From: Candidatus Melainabacteria bacterium 17Bon1m
Lineage (GTDB): Bacteria > Cyanobacteriota > Vampirovibrionia > Obscuribacterales > Obscuribacteraceae
Length of the DNA stretch: 64,000 bases
Reading direction: 5' to 3'
Assembly: GCA_032128875.1 (NCBI GenBank)
Contig: JAVLKG010000003.1
Coordinates: 920,974 to 984,973, forward strand
In this document: piece by piece, positions 49,288 through 59,580 of the stretch
Numbering within the stretch: the stretch's first letter is position 1
How the letters are laid out: each line of letters begins with the position of its first letter
The notes under the pieces: model-generated
What the model saw: only the letters and a program-made list of their open reading frames with translations
Databases searched by the model: none
Told to the model about the DNA's origin: nothing
Made by a program: the position numbers and the translations under genes

Positions 49288-50163
49288 GTGAAATTCGGAG
49301 AATTCGAGCTTTCAATTGTTCGAGAATGTACTTTCAAGCTAGATGGCGGCGCCATGTTCGGTGTTGTTCCAAAGACGCTCTGGAATAAGCTGTCTCCAGC
49401 CGATGAGCAAAATCGCGTCGAGATGCATTGCAACTTGCTTTTGATTGAAACACCGAAAGGAAAAGTTCTTGTAGAAACAGGAATGGGTGATCGATGGAGT
49501 CAGAAAGAAGCTGAACGCTATGGTCTGACATCGCTGGTAAAACCGGCAACAATGCTTGAGTCTGTCGGTGTTTCTAACGACGAAATAGACTACGTTATCA
49601 TCTCTCACTTGCACTTCGATCATGCAGGTGGTGGCACCATATTGAAAGATGGAAAGTTGGTCCCGACCTTTCCAAATGCTAAGTACATAGTTCAAAAAGG
49701 TGAATGGGAATTCGCATACAAAGCCAATGCGCGCGCGAAAGCGAGCTACAGATTTGAAGATTTCGAACCGTGGAAAGAACATGGAAATTTGAACCTTGTC
49801 GATGGTGATTACGAAGTTATCCCTGGCGTTGAAGTTCGCGTAACCGGCGGACATACCAGCCATCACCAAGTTGTTTACTTCGAATCCGGCCCTGAAAAAG
49901 GCGTTTACTTCGCCGACATCATGCCCACTAAGAGCCATGTGTCTCCGCCTTGGGTTATGGGATACGACCACTATCCTTTAGCAAGTTGTGATGTTAAGAA
50001 TGAATGGTTGACTAAAGCAGCCGCTGAAAACTGGCTCGTTGTGTTTGATCACGAACTGGGAACTCCCTGGGGCAGAGTCAAACTCGTCGACGGCAAGAAA
50101 TTCGAATTCGAGGCATTACCTGTGGAATCACTTGAGCCAAAGCGCAAAATCGCTGCGGTGTAA
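49288..50163 (+). CDS. MBL-fold metallo-hydrolase (YtnP-like)
   Basis: LDGGAMFGVVPK, SHLHFDHAGG, GGHT, WVMGYD; GTG start with GGGAG RBS. Confidence 0.92.
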   Translation: MKFGEFELSIVRECTFKLDGGAMFGVVPKTLWNKLSPADEQNRVEMHCNLLLIETPKGKVLVETGMGDRWSQKEAERYGLTSLVKPATMLESVGVSNDEIDYVIISHLHFDHAGGGTILKDGKLVPTFPNAKYIVQKGEWEFAYKANARAKASYRFEDFEPWKEHGNLNLVDGDYEVIPGVEVRVTGGHTSHHQVVYFESGPEKGVYFADIMPTKSHVSPPWVMGYDHYPLASCDVKNEWLTKAAAENWLVVFDHELGTPWGRVKLVDGKKFEFEALPVESLEPKRKIAAV

Positions 50164-50188
50164 ATGGCTTCTTGTTCTTGCGGTGCTC

Positions 50189-50590
50189 GTGAAAACCTAC
50201 TTCAAAGCTTTAGCAGTTTTGGTTTTTGTCGTTCTATTGGGTGCAGGCTCTCTTGCTTGGGTATTCCTAGATATGACTACCGGGCACGTCGTTGTTGAGA
50301 ATTGCACGGACGAATGCCTTGCGGACTGCACTTTAGTTTTGCCAGGGGCAAGGACAAAATTCGAGAACATCATGCCTGGCTACACGCGAGACCTTTGGTT
50401 TACTGCCGAACGAGATGGTGAGTACCATATTGCAGTTACATTCTCATCAGGAGCAAAACTGGTCGACGATGTCGGGTATGTGACGCCAAATCTTGGAAAT
50501 AGAGATCGTCTTATTGTGTCTAACGACCAAATCAAGCTGGTTTGCGACAGATTTCCCTCAATTGCAGACGTTTTTCGCAGATTTAGATAA
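50189..50590 (+). CDS. Hypothetical membrane-anchored protein
   Basis: N-terminal TM then beta-rich domain; start chosen downstream of the previous stop. Confidence 0.6.
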   Translation: MKTYFKALAVLVFVVLLGAGSLAWVFLDMTTGHVVVENCTDECLADCTLVLPGARTKFENIMPGYTRDLWFTAERDGEYHIAVTFSSGAKLVDDVGYVTPNLGNRDRLIVSNDQIKLVCDRFPSIADVFRRFR

Positions 50591-51868
50591 TTATTTGCGA
50601 CCGGCTGCGTACTTGTTGTGAAGTTGTCCGCAAGCGGCGTCGATGTCTGTGCCGCGTTCCAATCTAACCGTGACTGTCTTGCCGCTGCGCGCTGCAAGCG
50701 TTTTGAAACGCTGTTGCGATTCTCGTGAAGGGCGGTCGTAGAGCGCTTCTCCCATTGGGTTCAAAGTTGGGTTGAACGGGATGAGATTGATGTTGCAATG
50801 GAGATCTTTCACAAGTTCTGCAAGGTGAATCGCCTGCTCCGGACGATCTGTAACGTCCTTCAGAAGAACATACTCAATTGTTACTCTGCGATTGGTCGTA
50901 TCCACGTAATCGTGCATGGCTGCCATGACTTCATGGATTGGATATTTCTTTGTGATTGGAACAATCTCTTCTCTTGTCTCCACATCTGGTGCGTGCAAAG
51001 AAAGCGCAAGAGTGATCGGTAAGTTTGCTTTTGCTAGTTGTCTGATACCAGGTACGATACCGGAGGTGGAGACCGTAATGTGTCGCGCACCGATGCCGAC
51101 TGTGTTAATTAGCCGCTTTACTGACTCGATGACTTCATCTGTATTTAGGAGTGGTTCGCCTTGACCCATGTATACGACATTGCCGACGCGCTTTCCTGAT
51201 TCGCGTTGAATGCTCATAATTTGGTCGATAATTTCTTGCGCAGTCAGGTTTCTTTTGAATCCCAGGTAACCTGTGGCGCAGAATGTGCAGCCCACCGCGC
51301 AACCGACCTGACTTGAAACGCAGGCGGTGAGTGACGGTCGATCTTGAAAAGCCATTAAGACAGATTCGACCATTTTGCCGTCAGGCAATTGAAAGAGATA
51401 CTTGCGGGTATCGTCGGAGCTGACCTGCAAGTGAGCCATGTTGAGCAATCCGACTTCTGCGGTCTCAGAAAGTTTTTTTCTGAGGTCGGCGGATAGATCT
51501 GTCATCTCTTCAAAGTTTTTAGCCCATTTGCTGTAAATCCAGCTGTGGATTTGTTTTGCGCGGAATTTTGGCAGTCCGTGTTTCTTGACAAAATCTTCCA
51601 GCTCGTCAAGCGACAAGCCCGAAAGCGAGGGCAGGCGCCCATATTTCGTCAATTCAATTTCGGTTGTTCCGTCGTCTGTGCTCAAGGTTTTGGCCCGCAG
51701 TTCTGAAAGGCTCACAGGCGCAGTATTATGCACCCGTGCCCAGAGTTTGTCGCCCGCGCTTAGTTGTGTTTCAGGCTGAAACTTACGACCTGCGGCGACG
51801 TCAACATAATAACAGCGCACATGACATCCGTGGCTGTTTAGAGCCTTTTGGAAACGGAATGTGACCAA
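50591..51868 (-). CDS. rlmN: Dual-specificity RNA methyltransferase (radical SAM)
   Basis: FRAKQI, SSQVGCAVGCTFCATG, MGQGEP, SLHA, IDAACGQL; start uncertain. Confidence 0.93.
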   Translation of the reverse strand: MVTFRFQKALNSHGCHVRCYYVDVAAGRKFQPETQLSAGDKLWARVHNTAPVSLSELRAKTLSTDDGTTEIELTKYGRLPSLSGLSLDELEDFVKKHGLPKFRAKQIHSWIYSKWAKNFEEMTDLSADLRKKLSETAEVGLLNMAHLQVSSDDTRKYLFQLPDGKMVESVLMAFQDRPSLTACVSSQVGCAVGCTFCATGYLGFKRNLTAQEIIDQIMSIQRESGKRVGNVVYMGQGEPLLNTDEVIESVKRLINTVGIGARHITVSTSGIVPGIRQLAKANLPITLALSLHAPDVETREEIVPITKKYPIHEVMAAMHDYVDTTNRRVTIEYVLLKDVTDRPEQAIHLAELVKDLHCNINLIPFNPTLNPMGEALYDRPSRESQQRFKTLAARSGKTVTVRLERGTDIDAACGQLHNKYAAGRK

Positions 51869-52072
51869 TGCTTAGGAGAAGGTTCAAGGTTCTGGATGTC
51901 ATAAGGGCCGATGATACAATCAGAAACTAATTAGATCTGTGCCGAACGCCCACGGGCCGGGCTTGGCGAGGATTTCCCGCTAGAGCGATGGGATTTAAAT
52001 AATCGCTGGAAACCGGCTCTGAATGTTCATTTAGGTAAGATCGTTTTTTGCAATCGTGGGAGTGAATATCGA

Positions 52073-55000
52073 ATGTCGGAATCCTGGGAAGAGCGTACGC
52101 GAACCTGGCTGAAAGGACTTTTTGGGGACTCGAATGAAAAGCGCGTGAAGGCGCTGCAACAGTACGTGGACAAAGCGAACAGCTTTGAGCCCGCCATGCA
52201 GAAGCTCACAGATGATGAGCTCAAGGGCAAGACTGTTGAGTTTCGCCGCCGCATCGACGAAGCCTTGAAGAATGTCCCGGACGTCAAGCTGATTCCCGAC
52301 GATGCTCCCAAAATGCCGGGACAATTCCGCACTCAGAAAGACAAAGTGCTCGATGAAGTGTTGGAGCAAATGTTGCCCGAGGCTTTCGCTGTTGTTCGCG
52401 AAGCCGGTCGCCGCGTGCTCAACATGCGTCACTTTGACGTTCAGCTCATGGGCGGCGCCGCACTGCACTTCAACAAGATTTCCGAAATGCGCACCGGTGA
52501 AGGTAAGACACTTGTCGCCACCCTTCCTGTGTATCTCAATGCTTTGACCGGACGCGGCGTCCACGTCGTTACTGTCAACGATTATCTAGCCCGCCGCGAC
52601 GCCGAGTGGATGGGACAAATTTACAAGTTTCTCGGTTTGACCGTTGGTTTGATTTACTCTCACCAGCCTGACGATGAAAAGTACGCTGCTTACCGCTGCG
52701 ATATCAGCTATGGCACCAATCACGAATTCGGTTTTGACTACCTGCGCGACAACATGCGCAAGTCTCTCGACCAGCTCGTGCAGCGTCCGTATTACTTCGC
52801 CGTCGTTGACGAAGTAGACAACATCCTCATCGACGAAGCTCGTACTCCACTCATCATTTCCGGTTTTCCGACAGAGTCTTTCCAAGACGTTTATCTCTCC
52901 TGCGCAAAAGTTGCACCGATGTTGGAGAGAGGCAAGGACAAAGAAGACGAAGACTGCGACTACTGGGTCGATGAAAAAGGACACAGTATTCTTTTGACGG
53001 AACGCGGTCAGGATCGTGCTGAGCAATTGCTCGGTGTCACCGACCTCTTTGATTTGCACTTCAACTATCACCATCATGTTGTGCAAGCGCTGAAGGCGAA
53101 AGAGCTGTACAAGCTCGACGTCAATTATGTAATTCGTCCAAATGAAGAAGGCAAAATGGAAGCCGTCATCGTCGACGAGTTCACCGGACGTATGATGCAA
53201 GGACGCCGTTGGAGCGACGGTCTTCACCAAGCCGTAGAAGCGAAAGAAGGTATTCCGATTCAGGAAGAAACCCTCACATACGCTTCGATCACGTATCAAA
53301 ATCTTTTCCGCCTCTATCCAAAACTGTCTGGTATGACCGGTACGGCGATGACGGAAGCCGCTGAATTCCAGAAGATCTACAACCTCGATGTTGTTGCTAT
53401 TCCAACCAACAAGACAGCTGTCAGAGGCGACCAACCGGACGTCATATATAAGACTGAATTGCAGAAATATATTTCTGTAGTCGAAGAAATTATTGAGTGC
53501 CACGAAGAAGGGCGCCCAGTGCTGGTTGGGACGGTCAGTATTGAAAAGTCGGAGCTTGTTGCTGATCTTTTGAGCAAGCCTCAGACGATGGGAGAAGTTC
53601 TTCTGAAGAAGATTCAGAAGGTCATGGATTCCATCAAGAAGAATAATCTGGGCGGGGACAACATCGAGGCGCTGAAGAAGCTTTTTGAGCGTCCTGCGCT
53701 GATTGATCCATCCAAGATGGAAGAGACTTGCAAACTTCTCGAGAAGGAGTTTCCGAAGAAAGAAGATTTCCTCGAGCGTCTCTATTCGGCATTGAGAACT
53801 GCGCGTGTTGTCTCAGCGGTGAGAAAGGGCATTCCGCACCATGTTCTCAACGCGAAGCACCACGAGAAGGAAGCGCTCATCGTTGCGCAAGCGGGTCGTA
53901 AGGGCGCGGTGACGATCGCAACCAACATGGCTGGTAGGGGTACCGACATCTTGTTGGGTGGAAACCCCGAGTTTCAGGCGAGAGAGAAACTACTCAAAGA
54001 CAATCCGAATTTGAGCGAAGAAGAGTTCGATGCTCGTGTCAAAGAGCTGAAAGAAAAGTTCAAAGTCGAAACGGATAAAGAGCACGACGAAGTAATTAAG
54101 CTGGGCGGGCTCCACATCATTGGAACCGAGCGCCACGAAGCACGCCGCATCGACAACCAGTTGAGAGGTCGTGCCGGCCGTCAAGGCGATCCTGGCTCGA
54201 CGCGTTTCTTCCTGTCGCTTGAAGATCAATTGATGAGAATCTTCGGCGGAGACAAAATTGCTCGCTTGATGGAACTCATTCGTGCAGACGAAGAGATGCC
54301 CATCGAATCCGGCATGGTGTCTAAGTCTATCGAGAACGCGCAGAAGAAAGTAGAAGCGCACCACTTTGATATGCGTAAGCACGTTCTTCAATACGACGAT
54401 GTTCTCAACACGCAGCGCGAAGTAATTTACCGCGAAAGACGTCGCTTGCTCGAGCGCGCAGACTTGCGCCAGCAGGTCCTCGACATGCTTACAGAGCACC
54501 TCGATATGCTTTTGGGAAGCTATATCGATTCTGATGCACCGCCGGAATTCTGGGAAGAAGATGGTCTTCCGCAGGTTGTTGCCTTGCTGAAGAATGATAT
54601 TCCGTTGCTTGAAGAACTCAAAGACACTGAGCTGCATGGGCTTTCATACGAAGACTTGCGTGCAGAACTTTGGAAGCAAATAAAAATGGCTTATGAAGTT
54701 CGCGAGCAGCACATCGGCGTTGAACACATGCGCGAGATGGAAAGACAAATTCTGCTCAATACCATCGACGGCAAGTGGGTCGATTACCTGCATAACATCG
54801 ACCTTTTGCGCGAAGGCATTCACTTGCGTGGATACGGTCAACGCGATCCACTGCAAGAGTATAAGAAAGAAGCATTCGATATGTTCAATCGCTTGCTCAA
54901 ATCCATCAAAGAAGAATCCATTCAACTGATCTTCAGAGCGCAGCCTGTAATCATGGATATGGACGACCTTGAAGGAATGATTCTCAATGAGTTGAAGAGT

Positions 55001-55333
55001 CTCGGGCAAGAAGGTGACGAATTGCCCGATCTCGATCAACAACAATTTGCTGATTTGGTCAGCGGAATTATTTCAGGCAAAAGCCCTGAAGAATTAGGCT
55101 TGATAGGCAAAGTAGACGATGAGGGCGATATCGATGCGGACGCAGAAGAAAATCTGAAGGACGTTATCGAACACCTTGGTGAAGTCGATTCTAGTATCGG
55201 TGATGCCAAAAACGGCGAAGATAAAGCCGTTGGCGGAGACGCTGATAGTGGCAAAAACGGCGAGGCGAAAGATTCCGAAAAAAAGACTGAAGTGAAGTCG
55301 GAATCAGGCTCGAGCAAATCCAAGAAAGCGTAA
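52073..55333 (+). CDS. secA: Preprotein translocase ATPase
   Basis: MRTGEGKT, DEVDNILIDEARTPLIISG, TNMAGRGTDI, QLRGRAGRQGDPG, YGQRDPL. Confidence 0.98.
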   Translation: MSESWEERTRTWLKGLFGDSNEKRVKALQQYVDKANSFEPAMQKLTDDELKGKTVEFRRRIDEALKNVPDVKLIPDDAPKMPGQFRTQKDKVLDEVLEQMLPEAFAVVREAGRRVLNMRHFDVQLMGGAALHFNKISEMRTGEGKTLVATLPVYLNALTGRGVHVVTVNDYLARRDAEWMGQIYKFLGLTVGLIYSHQPDDEKYAAYRCDISYGTNHEFGFDYLRDNMRKSLDQLVQRPYYFAVVDEVDNILIDEARTPLIISGFPTESFQDVYLSCAKVAPMLERGKDKEDEDCDYWVDEKGHSILLTERGQDRAEQLLGVTDLFDLHFNYHHHVVQALKAKELYKLDVNYVIRPNEEGKMEAVIVDEFTGRMMQGRRWSDGLHQAVEAKEGIPIQEETLTYASITYQNLFRLYPKLSGMTGTAMTEAAEFQKIYNLDVVAIPTNKTAVRGDQPDVIYKTELQKYISVVEEIIECHEEGRPVLVGTVSIEKSELVADLLSKPQTMGEVLLKKIQKVMDSIKKNNLGGDNIEALKKLFERPALIDPSKMEETCKLLEKEFPKKEDFLERLYSALRTARVVSAVRKGIPHHVLNAKHHEKEALIVAQAGRKGAVTIATNMAGRGTDILLGGNPEFQAREKLLKDNPNLSEEEFDARVKELKEKFKVETDKEHDEVIKLGGLHIIGTERHEARRIDNQLRGRAGRQGDPGSTRFFLSLEDQLMRIFGGDKIARLMELIRADEEMPIESGMVSKSIENAQKKVEAHHFDMRKHVLQYDDVLNTQREVIYRERRRLLERADLRQQVLDMLTEHLDMLLGSYIDSDAPPEFWEEDGLPQVVALLKNDIPLLEELKDTELHGLSYEDLRAELWKQIKMAYEVREQHIGVEHMREMERQILLNTIDGKWVDYLHNIDLLREGIHLRGYGQRDPLQEYKKEAFDMFNRLLKSIKEESIQLIFRAQPVIMDMDDLEGMILNELKSLGQEGDELPDLDQQQFADLVSGIISGKSPEELGLIGKVDDEGDIDADAEENLKDVIEHLGEVDSSIGDAKNGEDKAVGGDADSGKNGEAKDSEKKTEVKSESGSSKSKKA

Positions 55334-55340
55334 TTTTCTT

Positions 55341-55392
55341 GTAGGGCAGCCTATGCGTTGCCCTGACAGGGAGCCTCATGCGGCTCCCGTAC
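55341..55392. repeat. Inverted pair of REP palindromes
   Basis: GTAGGGCAGCCTATGCGTTGCCCT and GGGAGCCTCATGCGGCTCCCGTAC. Confidence 0.75.
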
Positions 55393-55412
55393 ATTCGACA
55401 GTTTGAAAAGTT

Positions 55413-56261
55413 ATGCGTATCCTCTCCTTCGATACAACAAACAATTGCGTCAGTATTGCTCTGCTAGACTCTGATAGTGCAGTTAGCGAGCGGCTTTTCG
55501 TTTCAAGCGGTGGGGCGCGACAAGAGTCGGTTACCTTGCTTTTGCCGGCGATCGACGAGATGCTGCAGGAAGCAGGTTGGAAGAAATCCGAACTTGATTT
55601 GCTCGTTGTTGGAATTGGTCCGGGAAGTTTTACCGGCATAAGAATCGCAGTCGTGACGGCAAGGACGCTCGCACAGGCGCTCAAGTTGCCGCTTACTGGC
55701 GTCTCTCTGCTTGACTGTTATGCTGCAAAATTGTCCGAGACCGAAAAGGGGCTTGCGGAATTTTCCGTTGTTCTTTCCGGCGGCCGAGGACATTTTTACT
55801 TTGCCTCTTATCGCAATTCACCCTCAGGAGAGCCGCATACTGCACTAGGTCAAGACGGCGGGTGTCCCGCCCCTGCCGAGGTTGTGAAGCCTCAGCACGG
55901 AACTCTCCCTGATATGAAGATTGCATTGTCTGCGAGTAAAAACTGGGGACTCGATCCATCCTTGATGGAATCATTGTCCGGCGCCGGCGGGACTAATTTT
56001 ATCGAACTGCCGGAACTTGCTAACATCGCGACGTTTCAAGGGGTGCTCGCATATCGTCGAGTTTCACAGAGTAAATTTGACCAAGCTAAGACTCTTGCTT
56101 CATCCGGGGTTTCGGAGGAAAATGGGCGCGGCGTACTGGCAGCAGATGCGAAAGAGTCGTTACTAAATGACTATCCCTATCGCGTCGTAGAACCGCTCTA
56201 CCTGCGAGGCGCGTCCGTTACGCTCAAGGGAACAGATGGCAAAGCGTCAGCGACTAATTGA
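55413..56261 (+). CDS. tsaB: tRNA t6A biosynthesis protein
   Basis: ILSFDTT, GPGSFTGIRI, EPLYLR; upstream of rimI. Confidence 0.93.
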   Translation: MRILSFDTTNNCVSIALLDSDSAVSERLFVSSGGARQESVTLLLPAIDEMLQEAGWKKSELDLLVVGIGPGSFTGIRIAVVTARTLAQALKLPLTGVSLLDCYAAKLSETEKGLAEFSVVLSGGRGHFYFASYRNSPSGEPHTALGQDGGCPAPAEVVKPQHGTLPDMKIALSASKNWGLDPSLMESLSGAGGTNFIELPELANIATFQGVLAYRRVSQSKFDQAKTLASSGVSEENGRGVLAADAKESLLNDYPYRVVEPLYLRGASVTLKGTDGKASATN

Positions 56262-56847
56262 ACTGAGACGGCTAGACAAAAGCGATCTAGACGAAGTGAT
56301 GGAAATCGAACCTGTCGCTTTCGGAAATCATCACTGGTCGCGTCAGTCGTTTGAAAACGAGCTAATCAACCGCCTCGGGTATTATTTTGCTGCGGTCGAC
56401 GCCGAGTCAAAGCAATTGATCGGGTATTCGGGATATTGGCTGATCGGTGGTGATGAAGCGCATATAACAACTCTTGCTGTTCACCAAGATTACAGAAGGA
56501 AACGTGTCGGCGAAGTCCTGCTCATCAACAATATTCTGACGTGTCGCCGGGAAGGCGCAAAATGGTTGACTCTTGAGGTGCGCGTCTCGAATGAGAAAGC
56601 CCAAAACCTCTATTTTAAATTTGGTTTCAAGAACCTTGGCGTCCGCCGCCATTACTACCAGGACAACGGTGAAGACGCCCTCATGCTTTGGACCGAGAAT
56701 ATTCTAAGGCCCGAATATTTGGATGTCCTGAACGAACGCATAGATTCGGTCCAGCGCCTGATTAAAGTCGATTGGATGGCGCCCCAGGAGTTTGATAGCC
56801 CGTATGCCAGGGGGGAGGAGATTCCCGCCGAAGAGAAGCGCGCATAA
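56236..56847 (+). CDS. rimI: Ribosomal-protein-alanine N-acetyltransferase
   Basis: EAHITTLAV, LEVRVSN, RRHYY..GEDALML. Confidence 0.92.
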   Translation: MAKRQRLIELRRLDKSDLDEVMEIEPVAFGNHHWSRQSFENELINRLGYYFAAVDAESKQLIGYSGYWLIGGDEAHITTLAVHQDYRRKRVGEVLLINNILTCRREGAKWLTLEVRVSNEKAQNLYFKFGFKNLGVRRHYYQDNGEDALMLWTENILRPEYLDVLNERIDSVQRLIKVDWMAPQEFDSPYARGEEIPAEEKRA

Positions 56848-56986
56848 TTGACGCTTGACTATAGCCTTAAATAACAGCGACAATAGGGCGTCGAAGCGTG
56901 AGTGGTGCAACAGCACAAAGTATATACAGCGGGATATCCCGCACTTTTGTCATTCGTCATGGTCTTAAAAGCGAGACCGACGATTT

Positions 56987-57862
56987 GTGGAGTCACTGAG
57001 AACGAATCACGTGCAGCTCGTAGTAGTACCTCCAAAAGAAAGAATTCAGACGCGGCGTCCTGTTCGCAAGTCGATTGTCGGCCAGATCATTCTGGTGATG
57101 CTAGGTATAGAGCTTCTCTTTGCCGCAACTTTCACTTGCCTTGAAGTGCCAGTCCCCACCGGCAAGAACATGCGTGCTTCAGTAGAGAAGCAAATCGCCC
57201 TTATTCAACTGAGCATTCCGGAGCAGGTCACCGAGAAAGTCGCGAAGTATATTCCTGCGGTGAAAAACATTCCGCAGGTTCAGCCTCCTTCTGAAATTCG
57301 CTATTCGATTTACACCCCACAGACGCCGGTCGCCATTTTTGTAGGCTATGCACTTGGTTGGCCTATCGCAACAATTGCCTGTACCGCTTTTGTGTTTTTA
57401 GGTCTGATCGGACCAGTCTTCAATTTCCATCCCTTCGCCAGCGGCGGCGGTGTGAATTATTATCTCGAGCCGGGATTCGGCTACCTTTTGGGCATGGTTG
57501 CCGCTACCTGGGCTGTCGGCTACATAACGAAAAATGGACGCACTTCTCTAAACCAAGCGCTGGCGGTTCTTGCCGGGCTTGCCTCCGTACACGTTATAGG
57601 ACTGGCGTATTTGCTAGGAACTTGTGTAGTATTGGCTGTTATTGAAGGTATTGGCGTACAACCGGGTTGGCAGCAATGGCTGTTTCAAGAATTTCGCAAT
57701 CTAAGCTGGTATCAGTTGCCGTACGATGCGCTGTTTGGGGTCTTAGCCGTGGGGGCGGGATTCCCGCTCAGGTGGCTCTCTGGGCGATTGATCGCGCCAG
57801 ACATCGGAGCGAGAAAAGACGTTTCGAGGCAGCGAGAATACAGAGACATGATGGACTACTAA
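56987..57862 (+). CDS. bioY: Biotin transporter BioY-like membrane protein
   Basis: TPQ, FASGGG..Y..PGFGYLLGM, GLAYL. Confidence 0.78.
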   Translation: MESLRTNHVQLVVVPPKERIQTRRPVRKSIVGQIILVMLGIELLFAATFTCLEVPVPTGKNMRASVEKQIALIQLSIPEQVTEKVAKYIPAVKNIPQVQPPSEIRYSIYTPQTPVAIFVGYALGWPIATIACTAFVFLGLIGPVFNFHPFASGGGVNYYLEPGFGYLLGMVAATWAVGYITKNGRTSLNQALAVLAGLASVHVIGLAYLLGTCVVLAVIEGIGVQPGWQQWLFQEFRNLSWYQLPYDALFGVLAVGAGFPLRWLSGRLIAPDIGARKDVSRQREYRDMMDY

Positions 57863-57915
57863 ACAGTCCGGACGGTTCGCAATCTGGCAAAGCTGATATT
57901 ACTGAGTTGCGCACC

Positions 57916-58887
57916 ATGAGACGCGAAGGCGTTTTGCCGCGCCTGCTCAAATCAAAGTCGACCTGGATTTTCGCAGCTTCTCTTTGTACTGCCGGCGCCG
58001 CAGCCTTCTATTACGCTCGTAAGATCGAGCCCAAGAAGTATAAGTTGGAGACAGTGCGTGTCATCACAGGTGATGGCAATGCCTGGCGTGGACGCGAAGG
58101 TAACGGAAAAGGGGCACGTTCGGAAGAGCGCATAGAAAGGAAGCTTTTCAGAATTCTGCATCTGTCGGATTTGCATCTTGCCAAACCTGAGAGTCACAAA
58201 ATCGATTTCATCCGAAAGATCACTGATGCGGATTTCGACTTGATTGTTTTGACAGGTGATGTATTCGAAGACCACAGTGGGCTGGAGTATGCTGAAAGGC
58301 TCTTGAGCCGCCGTCCTCGCCTTGGCGCGTATGCAGTGTTAGGCAATCATGATTATTATGACTACACGATGTTCAACAAGATAGTCGGACGCGTGATGAA
58401 AAAGTATCGTCATCCTAAAGAAAAGCGTGATGTGACACCATTTGTAGAGGCGCTGCAAAATGGTGGTTTTGATGTTTTGCGCAACGAGTCACGCTGTCTA
58501 AAAGAGCACGGTCTGCATATTGTCGGAATAGATTATCCAGGCATTGACGAGTACGAGTTGCAGAGATTGGCCGCTCAAGCACCTGAACATCATCTGAAAC
58601 TTTGCATTTTTCATTTGCCGAAAAAACTTCACCACATCACTAATGCTCGAATGCATCTTGCCCTCGGTGGACATACCCACGGCGGACAAGTAAGAATTCC
58701 CGGTGTGGGTCCTCTGATTACGGACTCAGAACTCGGCAGACATGAGGCTTCCGGGCTTATCCGCAGAGGCGAAACAGCGTTTCATATCTCGCGCGGATTG
58801 GGTGCAGATCCTCGCTCGAACATTCGATTTTTCTGTCCGCCTGCCGCCACGATCATCGAAGTTCATCATCAAATGCCGCGCGGCTAA
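57916..58887 (+). CDS. Metallophosphoesterase (YkuE-like)
   Basis: SDLH, TGD, GNHD, GHTHGGQ, SRGLG. Confidence 0.9.
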   Translation: MRREGVLPRLLKSKSTWIFAASLCTAGAAAFYYARKIEPKKYKLETVRVITGDGNAWRGREGNGKGARSEERIERKLFRILHLSDLHLAKPESHKIDFIRKITDADFDLIVLTGDVFEDHSGLEYAERLLSRRPRLGAYAVLGNHDYYDYTMFNKIVGRVMKKYRHPKEKRDVTPFVEALQNGGFDVLRNESRCLKEHGLHIVGIDYPGIDEYELQRLAAQAPEHHLKLCIFHLPKKLHHITNARMHLALGGHTHGGQVRIPGVGPLITDSELGRHEASGLIRRGETAFHISRGLGADPRSNIRFFCPPAATIIEVHHQMPRG

Positions 58888-58897
58888 GAAAATGGCG

Positions 58898-59569
58898 CTA
58901 GATTTCGGCCCATGGCCAGTGCGCTTGAACTTGTCGCCATAGCGACGTTACGCTGTTTCTCAACAATCGAACATCAACATATTCGTTGTTTTCGATTAGC
59001 CTTGCTTTGATTTCGTTTTCTTGAAATGATCCAGCTAAAGGATTCATGCCGTTGCCGGAAAACTTGCCGTCAAAAATAACGGTGCGCATGGGACGCCCCT
59101 TATTGACCCATTTTTCAGGTGTTTGAAAAACAATATGCAATGGTTGATTAGTATCGACTTTGTTTATGGTGGCTTCCATGGTGGCACCTGTTCCCCAGTT
59201 GAGACGGCACTTCACATTGGTGGCGAGCCGGTAGAGCGACAATCGCACCACCTCGCGATCGCGCCCGCTGGTGGCGTATTCGCCTGTTACATCGGAGATT
59301 GTCCATAAAATCCATATTGTTGAAAAAACCATCAAGCATACGAGAATAATCATGTTCAAACGCCGCGATGGCCGTATCAAATGTGCGAACTTGCCTGGAC
59401 GAGCCTGCTGTTGGGGGCGTCGTCCTGTGAGCCCTTTCAGCCCTGGAATGCCGCCTATTTCGAAAGGATCTACTTCCTGGTCTTGCTCTCCGCGTCCGCC
59501 CCGACGCGTTCCACCGCCCGGATTGCCCGGAGGGTTATCGTCAGGTCGGCGTCTGGGGGGGCGATTCAT
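58898..59569 (-). CDS. Hypothetical single-TM protein
   Basis: R/P/G-rich N-terminus, one TM; 11 bp downstream of the matrixin gene. Confidence 0.7.
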   Translation of the reverse strand: MNRPPRRRPDDNPPGNPGGGTRRGGRGEQDQEVDPFEIGGIPGLKGLTGRRPQQQARPGKFAHLIRPSRRLNMIILVCLMVFSTIWILWTISDVTGEYATSGRDREVVRLSLYRLATNVKCRLNWGTGATMEATINKVDTNQPLHIVFQTPEKWVNKGRPMRTVIFDGKFSGNGMNPLAGSFQENEIKARLIENNEYVDVRLLRNSVTSLWRQVQAHWPWAEI

Positions 59570-59580
59570 CCGTTTTTTCT

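Noticed and set aside
52586-53503. 305-aa antisense ORF in secA and similar shadow ORFs (39266-39994, 42044-42838, 59599-60258)
   Set aside because: They lie opposite conserved genes and have no recognisable motifs; typical codon-bias shadows
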